From: Octopus sinensis
Lineage: Eukaryota
Assembly (NCBI RefSeq): GCF_006345805.1
Contig: NC_042997.1
Coordinates: 104,284,001 to 104,348,000, forward strand
Reading direction: 5' to 3'
DNA length: 64,000 nt
A program made the position numbers and the translations under genes. Shown one piece after another: positions 1-12,353 of this stretch. Within the stretch, counting starts at the first letter, position 1. Each line of letters starts with the position of its first letter. The notes under the pieces are model-generated. The model did no database searches and was not told the DNA's origin. It saw only the letters and a list, made by a program, of their open reading frames with translations.

Positions 1-1246
1 TTTTAGGGTGCCGATACAATGTGTATAAGACTGATGCTGCAAGACAAAAGGCCCATTTCCAGCACCTGCTATAGTAGCAAACACTTCGCCAGAACCGCCA
101 GGAAGAAGGCCTCGAAGAAACGATAAGAAACGGAAACGAAGCGGAAACTAAGTAACAACGAAAATATCTGTTAACAGCAGGTGCCAGTAACACCACTTCA
201 ATATTTTTGACAAGGGTTAATGTTTGAAGAAGAAAACAAAGTATCAGGGAATAATTAAGGTAAAACATGAAGGAGTAACAAGGAGAAAAGTCACCAGCTT
301 CAGGAAACAAAAGCAAATGAGGAGCGACACTCTCCTCAAATCATAATTCGGGCCTCTTCTCTGAGTAACGCTCTGAGTAACGATAAAGACGATGACAAGG
401 AAGACTATGAAATGAAACCCATCATCCTTCAAAGATCAAACCAACCGATAATTAATAAATTCTCTTATCTGTAGTGCCAATGAAACACCGGTGATTTAAT
501 AATGAACTCACGCTGGGATATAGGAGACCAATTTGGGTTGAAACGTTACAAGGATTTTACAACCAACTAAAACCGAATTACCCTAGAAACCTGGGTAGCT
601 ACCTACTCTAAATAACTGAAAAACGCTAACGGGAATTTTTGCAACAGCAACTAAATGAGCAATGGGAGAGTGCATACAATCGACCTAATCAATAGTTTCG
701 CATCTTATTTCGTTGGAAATTCAAAATGTTTTGCATGTTTTATTTCCGCTTTAGCTTTCTGTGCCTAAATTAATGAGTGTTTTCTGTATATTTTTCATTA
801 ACTTTTATAAGATTGTTAGTTATATAAAATTTTACTTGTTTCCCATTTTGATTATGTAACGTTTTATAGCTCTGGATATTTCAGACCAACCCAATACAAG
901 TTTGCAAGACTTCCGTTCTAGTAATACAGTCAAGCTTATTATTATTACTATTGTTACTATTACTGTTATTGCCATTAGTAATATATATTGACTTCACTTA
1001 CATCTATTGTTGCAATACTTTGACAAATAAATGCTTTATACGTAATACACACTAAAATACATACACTCCCTCTGTTCGGCAACGGAATGCGTTGGAATAT
1101 GTAACTGACTTTGAAAGTAAGTACTGGGTCTGATTCGTTCGTCTCAAAGCCTTCAAAGTGGTACCCTATCATTGTTCTAGCCCATGTCTGAAATAGATAA
1201 AAAATGAAAAATATGTGTGTATGTATGTTTCTATCCATCTACATCA

Positions 1247-1354
1247 CACACACACACACATCATACATACATACATACATACATACATACATACATAATA
1301 CATATATATATATATATATAGATATATATATATTATATATATATATATAAATAC

Positions 1355-1386
<32 letters not shown>

Positions 1387-1465
1387 CATATACATATATA
1401 ACATATATATATATATATATATAGATATATATATATATATATATATAATATATATATATATATCC
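1247..1465. repeat. Compound microsatellite (CA)n-(TACA)n-(TA)n
   Basis: Directly visible simple repeats. Confidence 0.95.
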
Positions 1466-1809
1466 GTTTAACAGGCTAAATTTTGTATGTTTAGTTTACA
1501 TTCAACGCAGTTGCCGTATCTGTTTCTTTTCTTCCCATATATCTTCTTAAGTCCCTTATTATTATTCAAGTCTTTGCCACTTATTTTTTAAATCACTCAT
1601 TCAGCGCTGTCTTCCATATTTTAATCTGTTTATTTTATAATTACTTCTCTCAGTCTTATTCTTTCTTTCAATCTTTGTTTTTCTCGTTGATTATTTGTCA
1701 CTCTTTGTCTTTTGTTCGTTCTTATATCTTACATCGTATTTCTCATTTCTTTTCTGTTTGCCTTTCCTCTTATCCTCTAACGTAATACACACTCGTATAC
1801 ATATATATG

Positions 1810-1855
<46 letters not shown>

Positions 1856-1886
1856 ATTATATATATAAAATATATATATATATATA

Positions 1887-1940
<54 letters not shown>

Positions 1941-1958
1941 TATAATATATATATTATA

Positions 1959-2050
1959 TGTAGACACTTACCCAAGGTGCTACGCAGTGGGACTGAACCC
2001 GAAAGCATTTAGTTGGGAGCAGCTTCTTAGTGCACATTCATCCGCATCTA
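1959..2050 (-). mobile_element. Truncated tRNA-derived SINE head (family A); inverted copy of 2399-2490
   Basis: The reverse complement matches 2399-2490, including the same non-consensus bases. Confidence 0.85.
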
Positions 2051-2093
2051 TATACATATATGCATACATATGTGTGAGAGTGTGTTGTGTATG

Positions 2094-2134
<41 letters not shown>

Positions 2135-2204
2135 TGTATATATATATACATATATATATATATATGTTATATACTTTGATACTTTGATAGGTTTCCTATA
2201 TATG

Positions 2205-2249
<45 letters not shown>

Positions 2250-2398
2250 GTAATATATAATAATATATATATATGTGTGTATATATATATAACATATATA
2301 TATATAACATATATTTATATACATATATATATATATATATGTATATGTATATGTATACATACACACACACACTCACACATATGTATGCATATATGTAT

Positions 2399-2572
2399 AT
2401 AGATGCGGATGTGAATGTGCACTAAGAAGCTTGCTTCCCAACTACATGCTTTCGGGTTCAGTCCCACTGCGTAGCATCTTGGGTAAGTGTCTTCTACTAC
2501 AGCCTCGGGGCGACCAAACCCTCATGAGTGGATTTGATATACGGAAACCGAAAGAAGTCCGTCGTATATTCT
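2399..2572 (+). mobile_element. tRNA-derived SINE family A (CORE-like central domain)
   Basis: Reads taagaagcttgcttcccaac...gggttcagtcccactgcg...cttgggtaagtgtcttctact...gaaagaagtccgtcg; homologous to copies at 19653, 23898 and 46831. The CORE-like assignment is from resemblance to ccttgggcaag, not from a search. Confidence 0.85.
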
Positions 2573-2642
2573 ATATATATATATTTTCATTTCATTTCAT
2601 CTAGTTTCAGCTCACGAACTGTGACCAGGCTGGGGCACCGCC

Positions 2643-2680
<38 letters not shown>

Positions 2681-2697
2681 ATATATATATATATATA

Positions 2698-2972
2698 TAA
2701 AATACAAAATAGGACAGGAACGCAAAACATCTGGACAACTACGTGATACAAAAGGGGACAACAGAACATCCAGATAGACGATACAAAAAAACCAAACGAA
2801 GAAAACACGGACGGGTCATTCGAAGCCTTTTATCTTAACGGAAGATGAAAGGCTCCGAATGACCCGTCCGTGTTTTTTTTTTATGTATCGTCTATCTGGA
2901 TGTTCTGTTGTCCCCTTTTGTATCACCTAGTTGTCCAGATGTTTTGCGTTCGCGTCCTATTTTGTATTTTAT
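2698..2972. mobile_element. Palindromic (fold-back) repeat element in a (TA)n tract, probably Penelope-derived
   Basis: ~135-bp inverted arms around a 5-nt loop (aacgg, ~2837-2841). The Penelope origin is inference. Confidence 0.7.
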
Positions 2973-3254
2973 TTTATATATATACGTATATATATATAGC
3001 GGCGTACGTACACTTTGTTCTTTCTCTACTTCTAGCATAAGGGGCTCCACATGGTGGTTATCTCTCTCATATGTATATAATACAATTTTACTGAACATTC
3101 AGTTTTTTTATATGCTAGACCACTGGTGTGAAATTGATGTTAATTAAATTAATATTAAATATCTCACCCTCATTTTAAATTTATATATATATATATATAA
3201 TATATATATATATAATATATATATATAACTGCATATATATATTTATGTGTAGTC

Positions 3255-3410
3255 CACCCCACCATCACTTATCCACGTACTTAGCGGTTCGGCAAAAGAA
3301 ACCGATAGTATAAGTACTAGATTTACAAAAACAAGTTCTCTTGTCGATTTGTTCGGTGGTGCTCAAGCATGGCCGCATCAAATGACTGAAACAAGTAAAA
3401 GAATAAAAGA
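3255..3410 (+). mobile_element. SINE family D (tail ...ggtgctccagcatggccgc..aaatgactgaaacaagtaaaaga)
   Basis: Homologous to reverse-strand copies at 36194 and 46520. Confidence 0.85.
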
Positions 3411-3629
3411 ATTGTAAAGATTTAACCGGTGTAGTATATGTCTTGAATAGGATTTGATTAACTATTATATATATGCGTGGTGTTCAATCAAATAATAATA
3501 TAAATAATATGTATATGTATATGTATATGTATGTGTATATATATATGTGTGTGTGTTCGTTTGTGTGTGTGTATGTAGTTATGTATGTATGTATATATAT
3601 GTATGTGTATATATATGAATATATATATA

Positions 3630-3642
3630 TATAGAGAGAGAG

Positions 3643-3729
<87 letters not shown>

Positions 3730-3730
3730 C
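3630..3730. repeat. (AG)n-(AGAT)n microsatellite
   Basis: Directly visible. Confidence 0.95.
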
Positions 3731-3754
3731 TTACATACATACATATGCATATAT

Positions 3755-4030
3755 GGGTACAGGACGTCACCAACAGTAAACAACATGAAATTCGAAAACA
3801 AACGAAAAGAGAAACAAATGGAAAACAGGACAGGTAACGCAGAGAACGACCCTTCAACAGTTGTCGGCTGTCTATCTCCTCATTTCGAGCATTGAACTGT
3901 AATATGAGTCTTCGAAGACTGTTGTTCCTATAAGTACCAAAGTAATATTTGGGATTTATAAAGGGTAAAACTTGGGAACAAAAACAGGACAGTGGATATA
4001 TACAAGGAAACCGAACGAAAATGAACATGG
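3755..4030 (+). mobile_element. Non-autonomous repeat starting gggtacaggacgtcac (probable Penelope-type terminal-repeat derivative)
   Basis: Homologous to 61935-62280 and 63341-63665; each copy begins next to TA-rich simple repeats. Confidence 0.7.
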
Positions 4031-4692
4031 AGTTGAATTGTTCGACTAAAATCCCTCCATGGTGATGCTCTAGCATGGCCGCACTCAAACACCCAAAACA
4101 AGTGAAAGACTAAAAGAATATAGTGCATTTTTTTCATTCTCTGGATTTATTCTGTATCAGTTCTGCGTTCTCAAGATTCCCGCCTCTATTCCTTACCTAT
4201 TTACTTCATTACTTTCCTTACTTTATAATCTGTCTCCCACTTTTTATCCCTTTCTCCGTCTGACAATCTCTGTCTCTGATTACCTATTCGTATCTACATT
4301 AAACTGTTATTCTTTTCCCCTACTTCCTTATGTACTCGCATACAGTTTATTCTGAGCTTCTCAAAGCTCTCTTCTCTCGCCCTTTTCTTAATCTCTTTAT
4401 CACTCTTTCTCCTCAGTTCTAGCATCACTCGGTCTCTCACGCCTTCTCTCTCACTCTGACATCTCTACTTTTCATCTTTCTAATTTCCTTGCTAAATCGG
4501 TCAATCTCTCGTTTCAGGCCGTTTCCAAAGCTAAGAGAGAAAAGACGTCATCTAACACGCGATGTGGGACCCAGTTGCACCGTGGAAACTGACCAAAAGT
4601 TATTTTCATTATCTATACAGTTTCCCTTTCTTTCTCTCTTACTCTCCTTTCACTGCCTTATATCTCTCTCGCTCTCCCTCACTCTCTCTCCT

Positions 4693-4729
<37 letters not shown>

Positions 4730-4954
4730 CTCCCTCACTCTGCTCCCAGCATTTCGATCACACATTCACGCCAAAACATATATTATTGTTTAAAGACATT
4801 CAATATATCTCTATAAATATATATGCATATATTCAAATCTCTCTCCTCTCTCTCTCCTCTCTCTCTCTCTCTATCTATCTATCTGTAACTATATATGTGT
4901 GCAACACATTTTAAATATACATACCTACTACATAGATACATGCATACATACATG

Positions 4955-4985
<31 letters not shown>

Positions 4986-4998
4986 GCACACACACACC

Positions 4999-5041
<43 letters not shown>

Positions 5042-5043
5042 TG

Positions 5044-5079
<36 letters not shown>

Positions 5080-6151
5080 TTATATATACATACATATATA
5101 TATACATATATATATATATGTATATATTAGCGTGTACGTCTATGCACGCGCGTGTGTGTATATACGTAGTGGGATTGTCTCTGTATGCACGTAACTATGT
5201 TTTGTATATGCGCATTATATATAGGTATATGTACGTATGCATGTATGTGTGTATATATATATGTTTGTGTGTATATATACACAAGAATATACATATATAA
5301 ATATATAATGCTTGTGACCATTTTCATTATCAAACTCCCCACCACTCACTATCACTATCCTTTCTACTCCCCCAACATCACCACCATCCACAACCACCAC
5401 CACAACCACAACCACCAACACAGCAACCATCACACTGCCTGATGCTCCGCTTGTCTTGAAACTATGACTGACGAGGAATAAACCCAAACATTATAACTGT
5501 CGCGATTGGGCAACCTGCCCATTAGTGTCATGTAATATCGTCCAAACATAGGATGCTACAGAACCTCAACGGCGTCAAATACTCTCACCAAAACAAACGG
5601 GAGCAATGGTATCTGGCGTCGTTGGTTCCGCTGTAGACAATCTCAAATATCATTCAGAAACAATCATCTGTCAATTTTTCCTTCTTATTACTTCCTGATA
5701 TTCCTTAATACGCTACAATCTTTCCTTTTTCTCTTCCGTCAGTTTTCTTTATGTTTATTCGGGTTTTTTTTCTTCTTTTGGTGTCTTTATTGCTAGAGGT
5801 CTACATTATACGTCGTTGTTGTTTCCAACCATCATTTTAATTTCAAGTATAAATAAGAAGACAACGTATTTCATTAGCAATTCATTTAGTAGTCTATAAT
5901 TATCTTTCTTCTTTATTTTTTCTTTTATTTTCCTTATTCCGTTATTTAATCTATTTCTTTTATCCAGCCATCATCGTCTTTTTATTCTTAAAGTATTACT
6001 TTTCCTTCCCCACTTTCCTCTCCAAATTCTCTCTATTTTATTATGCATTTTTAAAAGTTCCTTCAAATGTACGTCCTTTATTTTTCTTACAATATAGTGG
6101 TAAAATGTATATTCAATTGTGCGATAACCTAACTGGTTCCATACCAGTATC

Positions 6152-6305
6152 CTCTTCCGCCGAGGTCGACTTTGCCTTTCATCCTTTCGGGGTCGATTAA
6201 ATAAGTACCAATTACGCACTGGGTTCGATGTAATCGACTTAATCCCTTTGTCTGTCCTTGTTTGTCCCCTCTATGTTTAGCCCCTTGTGGGCAATAAGGA
6301 AATTA
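6152..6305 (+). mobile_element. SINE family B, 3' part
   Basis: ccgccgaggtcgactttgcctttcatcctttcggggtcgattaaataagtacc..., recurring more than ten times in the window. Confidence 0.9.
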
Positions 6306-8332
6306 ATATATTAATACACATTATCAGTTGCTTGACCTTAACCACTTGTGCATGTCCCTTAATGGCTGACAATATATACATCTCTGATGATGAGCAGTTG
6401 TGGGGGAGCATCATAGGAGTAGTTTAGAAGGTTTCTTTGGGGGTTTGAACAATATAACAAAAGCAAGGTAAGCAAGTAGGAAATAACAATTGCTGCCCAC
6501 GGACAAAAATCGTGTTACACCGTATAATTTGTTTAAGCCATGAATTCCATGGCCATGTAAATGAGGAAGCAGAGATCCCTCTCAGAATGGTGCATTTAAA
6601 GTTAACTCAGTTTCAAAAGAGAAGCCAAGACTTGTGATTCTGTGATATGTTCTTAGGGAAGCTATTTCTTTTTAAGATGCTCTGCTCCGCTCAGTAGAAG
6701 ATGAATAACATCAACACCACAGCTGGAGATCTGTGACATCTTGGCCACAGTATATGCTCCTATGCTCCGGTCTGATGATCCTTTATACACGCACATACAT
6801 AAAAACACATGTATGTATTTAGAAGTATGAATAACGCCACTTAAACTTGAAATTTGTCTTTATTCTTTTTCTATCCACAGTCAACAGATACATAATTGCT
6901 ATGGAAGATTGCCAAACTGATTTCCACCCACTGATGTAAATTGGAAGCCGCTTCCCTCATAGTGTCACCAATAATCGTCAAGAGAGCTTTCATAAAAAAA
7001 AAAAAAACAATTAATCGATTTTCTAGCAATTTTTATTCATCGATACTTGGCAGTCGTTTTAACTGTCTATTGGTGAATTCAGTGATCTGAGGTATTGGTT
7101 AGCATGGCGTTCCAGACAAATTAGTAAACCGAAGCATATGGTTCCTCCAACAGTTTTTTTATACTATAGCCACGATTGGTTTAGGAGAGCTCAGTTTGGT
7201 CAATATTCTCGCAGACGCTCAGAGTTGTATATCTACAAATGATATTTTTGGGATATTTTATTGAGATCGTAGAACCTTGTTTCAGGCAACTACTTCCGTT
7301 TCTTTATGCGATGGCATCTAACTCCTCCAGATTCAGGATGTTTTATTTTCCGTAATTTGCTCAGACTTCGTGATGTTAATTTTATGCGCTTATTGAGCAT
7401 AATGTATTGCATCGTAGAAACTTCAAATCCCATACATTTGTAATTATTTTTTGCATCAATGTACTACCTTATAGCTTTACTAATAGCAATACATAAATAA
7501 AGAGAAACGAACAGTGTCATCACTTTTGTATAACGCTATCATTGACTTGGAACCATTTTTTTCTTTCATGATCGTTGTCAGTTTTTTAACACGTTATTAA
7601 AATTGTAGCTTTAAAATTAGGAAAAAACAATTTAGATCACTCTCCCCTTGAAACGATATAAAAATAAAACATACAACAGGTTTTTCATGTAGAAATCTAT
7701 TACATTCCATTTTTCTCTTACTTAATAGCAACGCAGATGTAATCAGATACAATATCGCCATTCCTGTCCACATGACAATAGATTCTTGCAGTTATTTATT
7801 TCTTTTAATATTCTGAACATTGTCTTTTCCTTTCGGATTTTTAAAAACATATTCTTATCCTGTATTTAAGTTGTAATTGTGTATCTCTAAATCTGTTGTA
7901 ATTTCCTGCAATATTTTTTTACAACTCTGCAGATGTATCTTTTAAAACAAGATGTTTCATTCCAATGAGACCTTAGTTATCCTCACAAATTAATGAGAAA
8001 ATATTTCGTGTAATCTTTTATTTATTTATTCTCAATGCGGACATTTCTATACTCATATAATTACTTTCGACTGTTGTTTTCCGTACACATTGAACAGATG
8101 AGCATAAAAGAATATGTATGCTTACTCTGTATATTCATGCCGCAAGATTCTTCTGTATATAAGATTTATATTTCTCAGAGCATCCATAGGATATTTTTAA
8201 TGAGCATTTCTCTTCAATTTTCAAGCCACTTATTTAAAATTCAAATGTCTTTTGAATTCAATAAATCTAGAGCAAATAGATTGCTCTGAACTTGTGATCA
8301 GTGTATTTTCGATTTCAGTATGACCATTGATG

Positions 8333-8550
8333 TAAGGCAGTGAGCTGGCAGAATCGTTTGTACGCCGAGCAATATGCTTAGTGGCATTTTAGTCTATGTT
8401 TAGGTTCTGGGTTAAAATACCGCTGGGGTTGACTTCGCCTTTCATTAATTCGGTGGGGAGGGTAATAAAATAAGTACCAGTTGAGTACTAGGGTCGATGT
8501 AAGCGACTGGCAATACTTCATTAAAATTACCGGTTTTGTAAATATAGTAG
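8333..8550 (+). mobile_element. SINE family B, diverged full-length copy
   Basis: Head aggcagtgagctggcagaatcgtt followed by the ataagtaccagttgagtactagggtcgatgtaa body. Confidence 0.85.
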
Positions 8551-9445
8551 AAAGAATATTGTTTTCAAATTTTAGCAAAAGACCAGAAATTTGGGGGCTG
8601 GTGTTAAGTTCGTCTGGTATTTATTTTATCAACCCCGAAAATATGAAAAGCGTAATGGAGAGCAGATATCGACACCCATTCATACCACTCATCATTGGCT
8701 CACATATATCCAATATGAGCAAAGAAGATTAAGATAGGGTTGCACAAGCATGCAGCCAGGCCTCATTGCAGCTGAGGAGGCGTAAAATGAAATGGTTTGC
8801 TCAAGGAGAGCAACTGAAGAAGGAATTGAACTACAGTTATGACTCGAACATCCCAGACCACAAAGCCATACATCTTTCATTAAAACTTCCAGAACACTAT
8901 CTTCTGTTGAAACCACCTATTCAGAGATTAATGTGACTTGTATCCCATTTCCAACACTCTTGGTTCTCATATTAATTCTGTTTGGGATTAGATAAGAATG
9001 GGCGTAAATGTTTATTTGTGTGGGGTCTAATAAGGTAACTAGCACTGGTTTTCTCTTCATAAAATACGGCACATGTTTATGGATTGTTTTGTCATCAAAC
9101 CAGATAACCTTAGCCACAGAGGGTAAAGAGATGAGTATCTGTACATGCAAAGCCTACATGATTCATAGAAATCATCAGCACAAATAAATCTATCGGATGA
9201 GAGACAGTTTTGTTTTATGTCCTTTAATATAGTTTATTTTGTTTTTATTCACAACAGATAAATGAACGATGTGTGGAGCGCTGAACAACTTTATAGATAG
9301 GGTGACAGAAGGAGTTAGTGAGAGGTGAGAAAAGGAGGAAGATGGAAAGTGTGAGGGAGTGAGTAAAAAATAAGGGAAGTGGGAGTAATATTAGTGAGAG
9401 AAGCAAATAATTGAAATTGAAGGCATCAGGACAAAGTGAAACACA

Positions 9446-9481
<36 letters not shown>

Positions 9482-9488
<7 letters not shown>

Positions 9489-11551
9489 GTACACACATAC
9501 GCACACAGTGGAGACGCGGACGGAGCGAAAGAGAAGAGGAGAGAGAAAGGGATTAAATAATAAGGTAGAAGTAAGAAGTAATGAATACAAAAGTTATTAT
9601 GATATACATATATACATCCATGTATGTGTATCTGTGTGTGTGTATGTATGTAAATATGTACACAGACCGCGCAAACACACACACACACATATATATATGT
9701 GTATATATATATGTATATATGTACGTATTAGTGAGAAATAATGTGTGTGTGTATGTGTGTGTGTGTGTCCTCTCTTGAATGAAATAAAGAAAGTGACACT
9801 GAAGAATGCATGTGGGCTAGAAAACACGCGAGAAAGGAGAGCAAGAGAGATGTTAGACTACAGAGACAGACTCACAGACAGACAGACTTGAACGAAGGCG
9901 AAAATTAGGCAAATAAAAGAAATTGAGCAAGTAATAGAAATACACGTTTCGTTTCCCTCTAAAGACAGGTTAGTGACAGCGGAATGCTGGGACACAGAGG
10001 AAAGAAGGCAGGCAATGAAACTGCAGGAGCTTTTATTTAAACAAACAAATGAAAAATATTCTAAATAATGCCTGTTTATTGGTTGGATGTAGTGGGATGA
10101 TGTAACGAAACAGGTTAAATTAATCTGGCCCAGTTTTGTACAAGGTGCCTCATTCGGACAAACACCGGTCAACCTAGCGATCAATCGCCTCCCCTCCCCC
10201 TCCCCCTCCCGCCCGGTATCTCGAGGATTAAATGAGAGGAAGCTGTGTGAGATTATTAACGAATAAAACCGAAAGTGATTTATTACACTTCTATTGATTA
10301 CCATCATTGCCTACTTCGTCCACACCAACTATCACCGCCTCCTCAACACCGTCCAAAAACCACCACCACCACCACCATCACCACCACCACCACCACCATC
10401 AACCAACACCCTAACCAACACCGGCCGCCACCGCCAATCCACTATGACAACCGCTACCTCCACTNNNNNNNNNNNNNNNNNNNNNNNNNNNNNNNNNNNN
10501 NNNNNNNNNNNNNNNNNNNNNNNNNNNNNNNNNNNNNNNNNNNNNNNNNNNNNNNNNNNNNNNNCACACAGTACACACATACGCACACAGTGGAGACGCG
10601 GACGGAGCGAAAAAGAGAAGAGGAGAGAGAAAGGGATTAAATAATAAGGTAGAAGTAAGAAGTAATGAATACAAAAGTTATTATGATATACATATATACA
10701 TCCATGTATGTGTATCTGTGTGTGTGTATGTATGTAAATATGTACACAGACACGCGCAAACACACACACACACATATATATATGTGTATATATATATGTA
10801 TATATGTACGTATATAGTGAGAAATAATGTGTGTGTGTATGTGTGTGTGTGTGTCTTCTCTTGAATGAAATAAAGAAAGTGACACTGAAGAATGCATGTG
10901 GGCTAGAAAACAAGCGAGAAAAGGAGAAGCAAGAGAGATGTTAGACTTACAGAGACAGACTCACAGACAGACAGACTTGAACGAAGGCGAAAATTAGGCA
11001 AAATAAAAGAAATTGAGCAAGTAATAGAAATACACGTTTCGTTGCCCTCTAAAGACAGGTTAGTGACAGCGGAATGCTGGGACACAGAGGAAAGAAGGCA
11101 GGCAATGAAACTGCAGGAGCTTTTATTTAAACAAACAAATGAAAAATATTCTAAATAATGCCTGTTTATTGGTTGGATGTAGTGGGATGATGTAACGAAA
11201 CAGGTTAAATTAATCTGGCCCAGTTTTGTACAAGGGTGCCTCATTCGGACAAACACCGGTCAACCTAGCGATCAATCGCCTCCCCTCCCCCTTCCCCTCC
11301 CGCCGGTATCTCGAGGATTAAATGAGAGGAAGCTGTGTGAGATTATTAACGAATAACCGAAAGTGATTTATACACTTCTATGATTACCATCATTGCCTAC
11401 TTCGTCCACACCAACTATCACCGCCTCCTCAACACCGTCCAAAAACCACCACCACCACCACCACCATCACCACCACCACCACCACCATCACCAACACCAC
11501 TACCAACACCGCCGCCACCGCCAATCCACTATGACAACCGCTACCTCCACT
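9482..11551. other. ~980-bp direct duplication (9482-10464 and 10565-11551) flanking a 100-N assembly gap (10465-10564)
   Basis: The two sides are nearly identical and differ mainly by 1-3 nt indels; the first copy ends exactly at the gap. Confidence 0.9.
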
Positions 11552-11877
11552 GTAGTAAAAGCACCGTCATTGCTAATAAGGTCGCTCTTCAACATGAAAT
11601 GACATCGGCGCTTGTATCTTCAGATACAACCGAAAATTTCTCTAGCACCATCCACCACCAACCACACTACAGCCGCCGCCGCCACCACCACCACAAGTAC
11701 TTCCTCCATCACTACCACCACCATCATTGTTATCACCGGCGCCACTGTCTTCTCAGCAGCATGGCCCTCAGGAAAAGCATCAATTGAAACGTCCACCACT
11801 AGCGCTAATCGCCCACTATCACTTGCAGTCAGTGTTCAGTTACGGCATTTTAGCAACTATTTTCCCTGCCAACACTA

Positions 11878-11891
11878 TACTACTACTACTA

Positions 11892-11928
<37 letters not shown>

Positions 11929-12050
11929 ACTCTACTACTACTACTAATACTACTACTACTAATACTACTACTACTTCTACTACTACTGCTGCTGCTTCTG
12001 CTGCTGCTACTGCCACTAATACTACTAATAGTAGTAGTAATAGTAATATT
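11878..12050. repeat. (ACT)n/(GCT)n/(AGT)n trinucleotide compound repeat
   Basis: Directly visible. Confidence 0.95.
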
Positions 12051-12109
12051 TTCATTTATTTGCCACAATGACGTAGGATGAGGGGAAAATACAGACAAAC
12101 ATAAAGTGT

Positions 12110-12285
12110 GGGGAGCCATTTTGGGGAAAGTAATGAATCAATTACATCGACCCTAGTGTTTAACTGGTACTTATTTTATGGACCCCTAAAGGATGATCGG
12201 TGAAATTTGAGCTCAAGACATAGCGACGGTCAAACAACGCTAAGCATTTCGTTCAGCATGCAAACGATTCTGTCAGTCGCCGCTT
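12110..12285 (-). mobile_element. SINE family B
   Basis: attacatcgaccctagtg...ggtacttattttatggacccctaaaggatga is the reverse complement of the family B body. Confidence 0.8.
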
Positions 12286-12353
12286 AATAATAATAAAATA
12301 ATCATAATTAATAATAATAATAATAATAATATAATAATACTAATAATAATAAT

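Noticed and set aside
1807-2402. Long ORFs rich in YI/CV/HT/LS dipeptides, here and throughout the ORF track
   Set aside because: They are translations of (TA)n, (CA)n, (TATC)n and (CT)n microsatellites, not genes.
6384-6400. CTGATGA motif as a hammerhead core or C/D-box element
   Set aside because: No GAAA partner with pairable stems and no D box at a suitable distance; lies within an ordinary repeat.
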